Notes under the pieces: model-generated
What the model saw: the letters and a program-made list of their open reading frames with translations, nothing else
Told to the model about the DNA's origin: nothing
The model's database searches: none
Program-made: the position numbers and the translations under genes
Origin: Octopus sinensis
Taxonomy: Eukaryota
NCBI RefSeq assembly: GCF_006345805.1
Contig: NW_021828960.1
Coordinates: 1-6,894, forward strand
Length of the DNA stretch: 6,894 bases
Direction of reading: 5' to 3'
Shown here: in pieces, positions 1 to 6,441 of the stretch
Numbering within the stretch: position 1 is the stretch's first letter
Layout: each line of letters opens with the position of its first letter

Positions 1-510
1 CCCCTTCCCCTCTCCCCACCCCCCTTCCTCCTTCCTTCCTTTCTCTTCTTACTACTGACCTTTGTCTGCTATGCTGACCACTGTCTCGCCTTACCTCACA
101 CGCTACACACAGACGCACACACTACACATACATATATATTTTTTTTGTTTTTTTTTTTATCTCGCCTCACACACACACATTACACACACGCACACACTCA
201 CACATACACACACATCTGTTGCGTTACCAACCTTGTCTCCACTCTTTTGCCTTTAAAAACCTACTTGCTCTTGTTATCGTAAACATCCGCCTTTCACCAT
301 GTGCAACTCGTAAACACCAGTCGTTTTTTTTCCTCTATCCCTGTTGCCCGCTCTGGGATCTTTCTTCCTCTCTCTTCCTTCTTTATGTTTCCGACGAAGA
401 GCTCCTGCTCGAAACGTCATATACCTCCCTGCTTCCATTTCCTGAGCGCCTATTAATAATAATACTGTAATTGTTCCATTGTGTTGTTTTTTTGTTTTTT
501 CCCGTTTGGA
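1..510 (+). mobile_element. Possible 3'/pseudo-LTR remnant of a Penelope-like retroelement (boundaries uncertain)
   Basis: Inferred only from the embedded minimal hammerhead motif within a pyrimidine- and CA-rich tract. No RT or GIY-YIG coding sequence is visible. Confidence 0.3.
385..424 (+). ncRNA. Degenerate minimal type-I hammerhead ribozyme motif (Penelope-like-element type)
   Basis: 391-418 reads CCGACGA-A-GAGC-TCCT-GCTC-GAAAC-GTC. This gives core box 1 (CUGANGA with U4->C), a 4-bp stem II GAGC/GCTC, the GAAA box, a palindromic ACGT stem III and a GUC cleavage triplet. Stem I (TGTTT 386-390 / ATATA 419-423) pairs only partly. Confidence 0.6.
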
Positions 511-518
511 TTAAAAAT

Positions 519-546
519 TATATATATATGTATATATATATATATA
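519..546. repeat. (TA)n microsatellite
   Basis: TA run with one G interruption at 530. Confidence 0.95.
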
Positions 547-826
547 AAATGAGAGTATGATAGAAGAAGGCTAATCTTCCTTCCGTACAAAGAAAAAAAG
601 AAAAAATTCAAATCGGACCATGTTAACACCAAAAATTATTTACATCAAAAAGGTGCCTTTTTTCTACGAAAATCCCTATTTTTACGATGTTTTGACTGCC
701 GTGTCGCCATTTTTCAGTGTATTTCACTTAAAGAGAATAACACACTACATACTGCCAAATTTTTACTTTTCAAAAATTCCAATTCTAAAGGGTCTAAACA
801 AACCGCAACGACGGGCGATACTGCTA

Positions 827-827
<1 letters not shown>
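529..827 (+). mobile_element. Non-autonomous Helitron-like element (~300 bp)
   Basis: The 3' end has a short GC hairpin CCG-CAACGA-CGG (803-814), then GCGATACTG, CTAG (824-827) and T (828). The 5' end reads A|TG(TA)nAAATGAGAG, resembling the Helitron A|TC-TATATATA start with a C->G change. There are no TIRs or TSD, as expected for a Helitron at an A|T site. Confidence 0.55.

Positions 828-870
<43 letters not shown>
828..870. repeat. (TA)21 microsatellite
   Basis: Perfect TA run. Confidence 0.97.
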
Positions 871-872
<2 letters not shown>

Positions 873-914
873 TGCAATATATTGGCTACCAAATTTCATT
901 CACATAAACTTCAA

Positions 915-981
915 ATTACTGAGCAGTAGGATCGAACACGCGGCCTTGTGATTGCTAAGCGAACAAAGCTATGTCTGCGCC
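915..981 (-). mobile_element. Decayed tRNA-derived SINE head related to family A
   Basis: The minus strand reads GGCGCAGACATAGCT..TTCGCTTAGCAATCACAAGGCCGCGTGTTCGATCCTACTGC, which aligns to the family-A head at 1674-1742. The B box GTTCGATCC (929-937) is present, and the A-box region is partly deleted. Confidence 0.65.
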
Positions 982-1075
982 AACTCATATATTACAACAC
1001 ATTTTGATATCCAGTGCCATTGAAACTTGTTGACTGAATAAAACGCAAGAGCAAATACTTAATATCTGTGTGGAA

Positions 1076-1350
1076 AGAGAGAGAGAGAGAGAGAGAGAGG
1101 TGCGTTATATCTCTCTCCCTCTCTCTTCCCCCCCACCTCACTCTCTGCATATTGACTGATATATATATGGATAGTGCTCCAGTATGATCGCAGACGCATG
1201 GCTGAACACACAAAAGAATATATATATTATATATATATATTCTTGTATAGTCTCTCGCCCCTCTCTCTCTCACTCCACACACACACGCTATATATATATA
1301 TATATATATATATATTAAGAGAGAGAGAGAGAGAGGAGAGACGTTTCTCT
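1076..1350. repeat. Compound microsatellite cluster: (AG)n, (CT)n, (TA)n, (CA)n
   Basis: (AG)12 at 1076-1099, CT-rich 1110-1146, TA 1219-1240, CT 1251-1272, CA 1277-1286, TA 1289-1315 and GA 1319-1341. Confidence 0.93.
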
Positions 1351-1673
1351 GTTGAAGCAAATATTAAACGGAACGGAATTATCTTTAAAACATGAAAAGA
1401 TTTATAATTAAATGATAACAGACTATCAGACGGAAAACTCAGTGGGATTAGACATTAAAAAAAAACAAAAAACAAAACACAACCCCACAAACAACGAAAA
1501 ACAAAAGCAAATACAAACAGAAAAAAATGACATCCCGAATCATACATGTGAGTATTGAATAGAAGAAGCACAGAGAGCAACGGTTTATCATGAATCAGAT
1601 CTAATATAATCAGGAAGAGAAAAATTCGTCAACCGTTAATATCGAAGTAAAAAACAAAAATAATAAACAAAAA

Positions 1674-2066
1674 GGCGCAGGAGTGGCTGTGTGGTAAGTA
1701 GCTTGCTAACCAACCACATGGTTCCGGGTTCAGTCCTACTGCGTGGCACCTTGGGCAAGTGTCTTCTGCTATAGCCCCGGGCCGACCAATGCCTTGTGAG
1801 TGGATTTGGTAGACGGAAACTGAAAGAAGCCTGTCATGTGTGTGTGTATATGTTTGTGTGTCTGTGTTTATCCCCACAACATCGCTTGACAACCGATGCT
1901 GGTGTGTTTATGTCCCCGTCACTTAGCGGTTCGGCAAAAAGAGACCGATAGAATAAGTACTGGGCTTACAAAGAATAAGTCCCGGGGTCGATCTGCTCGA
2001 CTAAAGGCGGTGCTCCAGCATGGCCGCAGTCAAATGACTGAAACAAGTAAAAAAAAACAAAAAAAC
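1674..2066 (+). mobile_element. Full-length bipartite tRNA-derived SINE (family A)
   Basis: Starts GGCGCAGGAG, with A box TGGCTGTGTGG (1684-1694), B box GGTTCAGTCC (1727-1736) and CORE-like CCTTGGGCAAGT. An internal (TG)n linker lies at ~1837-1870. The right arm ends GACTGAAACAAGTAAAA plus an A-rich tail. Homologous copies lie at 4109-4535 (-) and 4865-5113 (+). Confidence 0.9.
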
Positions 2067-2168
2067 ACAGGGGGTGCTTATGTGGTTGTTGCACGAACTG
2101 CTAGAAATATCGGTTAAATCTTTCTCCGGTGCAGGTATGATTGTTGTGTTGTTAAGATGTTTGCTTTT

Positions 2169-2964
2169 GGAAGGTGGCGAGTTTGGCAGAACTGTTAGTA
2201 CGCCGGGCGAAATGCGTAGCTGTATTTCATCTGCCGTTACGTTCCTGAGTTCAAATTCCGCCGAGGTCGACTTTGCCTTTCATCCTTTTAGGGTCGATAA
2301 ATTAAGTACCAGTTACGCACTGGGGTCGATGTAATTGACTTAATACCTTTGTCTGTCCTTGTTTGTCCCCTCTATGTTTTAGCCCCTTGTGGGTAATAAA
2401 GAAATAGGTATTTCGTCTGCCGCTACGTTCTGAGTTCAAATTCCGCTGAGGTCGACTTTGCCTTTCACCCTTTTAGGGTCGATAAATTAAGTACCAGTTA
2501 CGCACTGGGGTCGATGTAATTGACTTAATACCTTTGTCTGTCCTTGTTTGTCCCCTCTATGTTTTAGCCCCTTGTGGGTAATAAAGAAATAGGTATTTCG
2601 TCTGCCGCTACGTTCTGAGTTCAAATTCCGCTGAGGTCGACTTTGCCTTTCACCCTTTTAGGGTCGATAAATTAAGTACCAGTTACGCACTGGGGTCGAT
2701 GTAATTGACTTAATACCTTTGTCTGTCCTTGTTTGTCCCCTCTATGTTTTAGCCCCTTGTGGGTAATAAAGAAATAGGTATTTCGTCTGCCGCTACGTTC
2801 TGAGTTCAAATTCCGCCGAGGTCGACTTTGCCTTTCATCCTTTCAGGGTTAATTAACTAAGTACCAGTTATGCACTGGGGTCGATGCAATCGACTTAATC
2901 CGTGTGTCTGCCCTTGTTTGTCCTCTCTGTATTTAGCCCCTTGTGGGTAGTAAAGAAATAGGTA
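2169..2964 (+). mobile_element. tRNA-derived SINE (family B) with its 3' 185 bp in four tandem copies
   Basis: A unique head (2169-2221) carries an A-box-like TGGCAGAACTGTT, and a B box GAGTTCAAATTCC lies at 2247-2259. The central GCCTTTCATCCTTT.GGGTCGATAAATTAAGTACCAG resembles the Meta-type SINE domain (from memory). The whole is flanked by the direct repeat TTGCTTTT at 2161-2168 and 2965-2972 (TSD). Confidence 0.88.
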
Positions 2965-2966
2965 TT
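2222..2966 (+). repeat. Tandem repeat, 4 units of 184-186 bp
   Basis: Units begin GTATTTC at 2222, 2408, 2593 and 2778, and a fifth is started (GTATT) at 2962. Units 2 and 3 are identical, unit 1 differs from them at 5 sites, and unit 4 differs at about 19. Confidence 0.97.
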
Positions 2967-3015
2967 GCTTTTAGGGTGCTGTATGTTGTGCACTGTGATC
3001 TGCTTCCTAGTTCTG

Positions 3016-3370
3016 GGAAAGACTTCCGCCCCCCCCCCCAATATCTCCGAATTTTTTTTTGCAAGAAACCCACGTTTACGGTTAGAGGGGGAGGGGTATT
3101 TTTTTTTTTTTTAAGTTTTTAGTTGAAATTTTACAAAAAATTTTCGGAAATTTTTTTCAGAATCATAATCTCCGTATTTTCCTGCATATTAAAGAAAAAA
3201 AAAAATTCTGAAAAATGTCAAAAATGAAGAATTTAGTGGGGTGGTGGGATTTAAAAATACCGATTTTAGGCATTTCTCCGGAATCTCCGTAGCCGAAAAT
3301 TTGGGTCCCTAAGAAAAAAAAAAAAAAAGAAAAAAATCGGAGACATTGGGTGGGGGGCGGAAGTCTTTCC
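3016..3370. mobile_element. MITE / non-autonomous DNA transposon, 355 bp, Merlin-like (or MULE-like) termini
   Basis: The left TIR GGAAAGACTTCCGCCCCCCCCCCCCAATATCTCCGA(A)TTTTT matches the reverse complement of the right end, GGAAAGACTTCCGCCCCCCACCCAATGTCTCCGATTTTT. An 8-bp TSD TAGTTCTG lies at 3008-3015 and 3371-3378, and the interior is non-coding. GG-starting TIRs with an 8-bp TSD fit Merlin better than hAT or P. Confidence 0.9.
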
Positions 3371-3512
3371 TAGTTCTGTAGTTCTGTCTTTCTTCATTTT
3401 AGAAAGGGGGGAAGAATATCTTGATACTAGCCTAGCCCATGTAGTTATTGCTTTAATGATGTTCCTTCCTTTAATTTTGTTTTGAGCACTTTCCTAATTT
3501 TCAAATTGTTTT

Positions 3513-3634
3513 GCTGCATTTCGCCCACCGTTACACTCTGAGTTCGAATTCGCCGAAGTCGAATTTGCTTTTCGTCCTTTCGGGGGTCGATGAAATAAGT
3601 ACCAATCGAGCGCAAAATTCTAGGCCTTATGCCT
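3513..3634 (+). mobile_element. Older 5'-truncated family-B SINE fragment
   Basis: GCTGCATTTCGCCCACCGTTACACTCTGAGTTCGAATTCGCCGAAGTCGAATTTGCTTTTCGTCCTTTCGGGGGTCGATGAAATAAGTACCA aligns with 2219-2311. The 3' limit beyond ~3613 is uncertain. Confidence 0.8.
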
Positions 3635-3852
3635 TTCATCTTCTTCTTCTTCTTTCAATTGTTTCCATTTCTTGCCGAGTGTCTTCCTGTCATCTCGGGC
3701 AGAGAAACGTACTGTATACATTGGGAGGCCATTAAAACAAACACATCAGATTGTTCATTTACAGAGTCATGTGATAGATAAAAAGGGGGAAAACAGAGAG
3801 AAAAAAACAAAAAATTAAAAATAAAGGGGGGGGGGGTGAAAAGGGAGGCAAT

Positions 3853-4111
3853 TCACAGCGACAATGCTCTTCTCAATACGTGTGACGCACCAGTGAAGAC
3901 AATCTTTTGCACTTCCTGCATGGATGGTAAGCTAGGGATCATTCTTAAATAATTTCTAGTTCCGTTTTTGATCATTCCAAGAACTCCTACAATCACTGAT
4001 ATTGTAACCGTATTGAGATGCCACATCTTTTCGATTTCGATTAGCAAATCTTTATATATTTTTGAGCTTATCAAATTCTTTTGCCAAGATATTATGGTCA
4101 CCGGCTATACT
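3853..4111 (-). pseudogene. LINE ORF remnant: C-terminal half of the RLE domain
   Basis: Reads SIAGDHNILAKEFDKLK/YKDLLIEIEKMWHLNTVTISVIVGVLGMIKNGTRNYLRMIPSLPSMQEVQKIVFTGASHVLRRALSL* with one frameshift. It carries the K..KY..L and (P)VIVG.LG motifs typical of R4-like RLEs and continues directly from IDM at 4537. Confidence 0.87.
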
Positions 4112-4330
4112 CTTTTACTCTTTTACTTGTTTCAGTCATTTGACTGTGGCCATGCTGGAGCACCACCTTTAGTCGAGCAAATCGACCCCGGGACTTATTC
4201 TTTGTAAGCCCAGTACTTATTCTATCTGTCTCTTTTGCCGAACCGCTAAGTGACGGGGACGTAAACACACCAGCATCGATTGTCAAGCAATGCTAGGGGG
4301 ACAACACAGACACACAAACACACACATGCA

Positions 4331-4365
<35 letters not shown>

Positions 4366-4535
4366 ACAATATATACGACAGGCTTCTTTCAGTTTCCGTC
4401 TACCAAATCCACTCACAAGGCTTTGGTCGGCCCGGGACTATAGCAGAAGACACTTGCCCAAGGTGCCACGCAGTGGAACTGAACCCGGAACCATGTGGTT
4501 GGTTAGCAAGCTATTTACCACACAGCCACTCCTGC
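4109..4535 (-). mobile_element. Near full-length family-A SINE inserted into the LINE RLE domain
   Basis: The reverse complement matches 1677-2050 and lacks only the first 3 nt. The internal linker has an expanded (TA)n (~4331-4375), and the tail is (GTAAAAGA)2. Confidence 0.92.
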
Positions 4536-4865
4536 TCATGTCAATCAATAAACAGACTTTATTACTCTTGTCTTTCACAACACTATCTGGTTTATTTACC
4601 TTAATTGTCCGGTCTGCACATACTGGGAAGTCCAAAAGAATAATTACAATTTCTTCTTCAGTTACAGCCTCGGGGTGGTGCTTGTACCATTTGTCAGTAA
4701 TTTTGATTTCATAATGCCTACACATTATCCAATTGGCCAACTCTGTCATGTCTTGATTTGTATTCTACAGGTGCTAAAACCTTTCATCTAGAGATTAGGT
4801 CGGTCGACTGTTTCGATCCCATCGTTGCAGTTTCAGCACTTTGGGTCTACATCACTTTTCATCAT
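4536..4865 (-). pseudogene. LINE ORF remnant: CCHC zinc knuckle and N-terminal half of the PD-(D/E)xK RLE domain
   Basis: Manual translation across two frameshifts gives MMKSDVDPKC*NCNDGIETVD/LISR*KVLAPVEYKSRHDRVGQ/WIMCRHYEIKITDKWYKHHPEAVTEEEIVIILLDFPVCADRTIKVNKPDSVVKDKSNKVCLLIDM. This shows a damaged CxxC..H..C knuckle plus the RHD, KPD and IDM motifs, with two in-frame stops. Confidence 0.87.
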
Positions 4866-5113
4866 CGTATATATGTATATATATATATATGTGTGTGTAC
4901 GTGCGTGTATATGTTTGTGTGTCTGTGTTTGCCCCCCCCCCACATCGCTTGGCAACCGATGCTGGTGTGTTTACACCCCCGTAACTTAGCGGTTCGGCAA
5001 AGTAGACCGATAGAATAAGTACTAGGCTTACAAAGAATAAGTCCTGGGGTCGATTTGCTCCAGCATGACTGCAACAAGTAAAAGAAACAAGTAAAAGAAT
5101 AAAAGAAAAAAGA
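4865..5113 (+). mobile_element. 5'-truncated family-A SINE (microsatellite linker plus right arm)
   Basis: Matches ~1834-2050 (CATCGCTT..CAACCGATGCTGGTGTGTTTA..ACTTAGCGGTTCGGCAAA..GACCGATAGAATAAGTACT..GGGGTCGAT) with two internal deletions and an AAAAGA-type tail. Confidence 0.9.
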
Positions 5114-5114
5114 A

Positions 5115-5147
5115 TACAAAACACGAATACGATGCACAGATATGCAA

Positions 5148-5180
<33 letters not shown>

Positions 5181-6123
5181 AACATACACATACAATCACA
5201 TATACATACAGTGTTACACACACAGGGAAACATACTGGTACACACCAACACGCATACATATACACTCAACCATACGTATGTAATAATATACACACGTAAA
5301 TAAACACATACGCACACATACGGATCTGTGCAAACACGCATGTGCAAATAAATGCACACACATGTACACACAGATACATAGGCATACACTCACGCTTGAC
5401 GCATTGCATACACATACAGATGCTGGCACGCATAAACATTCACGTGCATTCACACCTCTTCTAAAACACAAAAACACATTCAGAAACACGTATTTATCCA
5501 CATAAACGCACGCATCCACATGTCTATACACACATTCACATAACCATCAGCGCGCACACACACACATGCAAACAGTTTCACTTTCACTTTCTTCGCAATA
5601 CATCAGTTTACTAGATTCAGAAATCAACATCTACTCACACACACAAACACGCTCGAATGCAGGCACACACTCATACCTCCTCCCTAAATATACATATACT
5701 ATCCACAAAGTGACATCTAGTAACAAAAAAAAAACAAAAAACAACACGTACAAGCATATACAAGCACACACACGAACGCACAAACACACGAACATACAAA
5801 AATATACAAACACTCACAGGAACACACAACATACAAACACTCACGCGAACAAACACACACAACACTCACAAATACATACAACTCTTACACTCACCCACAA
5901 AAATATACAAACACTCACACTCACACACACGAACATGCAAACACTCACACTCACACACAAGAACATTCAAACACTCACACGAACACACATAAACACAGGC
6001 AAACACTCACGCGGACAAACACACACAGCACTCACGGTCACACACAAATACATACAACTCTTACACTCACCCACAAAAATACACAAACGCTCACATGAAC
6101 CCACACAAAAATACATACAAACA

Positions 6124-6173
<50 letters not shown>

Positions 6174-6285
6174 CAGGCATTCACACACATGCATTATCCC
6201 TCTAAACACAATCAGATATCAGCGCCTCTTCACGTAAACACACGTGCACGCATGCATGCACATAAGAACATACACACACATAAAT
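5115..6285. repeat. CA-rich low-complexity tract with (CA)n runs
   Basis: Degenerate CA/CATA/CACG sequence with perfect (CA)n at ~5151-5178 and ~6126-6163. Confidence 0.92.
5881..5990. repeat. 30-bp minisatellite (~3.7 units)
   Basis: Units ACACTCACACTCACACACAAGAACAT.CAA start at 5881, 5911, 5941 and 5971. They appear as TLTLTHKNIQ repeats in ORF 5566-6237. Confidence 0.85.
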
Positions 6286-6288
6286 GCG

Positions 6289-6441
6289 CACCATCGCCGA
6301 CACCATCGCCTTCACCATCAGTCCCACAATCAACGCCACCACTATCGGCATTACCATCAAGAACAACATCACTACCATTACCAACATCATCAGTAGCATC
6401 CACAACGTTCGCCAACAATACGGCCATTGCCCCCCCCCCCC
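6289..6441. repeat. Degenerate (CAN)n trinucleotide tract ending in poly-C
   Basis: CACCATCGCCGACACCATCGCCTTCACCATCA... is a mosaic of CCA, CAT and CAA units, followed by a C run at 6430-6441. Confidence 0.8.

Larger units (their letters stand above)
3639..4866 (-). mobile_element. 3' fragment of a restriction-like-endonuclease non-LTR retrotransposon (R4/Dong-like clade of the R2 group), interrupted by a SINE
   Basis: Contains a degenerate C-terminal ORF (zinc knuckle plus RLE) with its stop at 3853-3855, a ~200-bp 3' UTR with a terminal stem-loop, and a (GAA)n tail (plus-strand (TTC)n 3639-3656). The RT domain is absent. Confidence 0.85.

Noticed and set aside
62-1395. Short ORFs with YIYI/THTH/RERE runs
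   Set aside because: Microsatellite-derived.
1674-1750. Functional tRNA gene (also 915-981 and 2173-2265)
   Set aside because: A and B boxes are present, but there is no convincing cloverleaf and each runs into SINE body sequence.
1660-2066. TSD around the plus-strand family-A SINE (AAACAAAAA)
   Set aside because: Both flanks are A-rich, so the match cannot be distinguished from chance or from the tail.
2128-2168. Older SINE head (GGTGCAGGTATGATTGTTGTGTTGTTAAGATGTTTGCT) apparently interrupted by the family-B array
   Set aside because: It resembles the family-A start over only ~40 bp, and no continuation is found after 2972. Too weak to call.
1629-2334. ORFs 1629-1892, 1896-2117 and 2074-2334, and their look-alikes at 4098-4714 and 4758-5018
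   Set aside because: They are translations of SINE copies. The shared peptides (e.g. KETDRISTGL, AEDTCPRCHAV) reflect the repeat, not a gene family.
2222-2966. CRISPR array
   Set aside because: Units are contiguous 185-bp repeats with no unique spacers, no cas genes are present, and the context is eukaryotic.
3853-4865. Active or domesticated endonuclease gene with the SINE as an intron
   Set aside because: It has two stops and three frameshifts, a damaged CCHC motif, and no GT-AG at the SINE boundaries.
5566-6237. 223-aa ORF (and overlapping C/V-rich minus-strand ORFs across 4852-6209)
   Set aside because: The T/H/Q/K- or C/V-rich translation is a by-product of stop-poor CA repeats, and no domain is recognisable.
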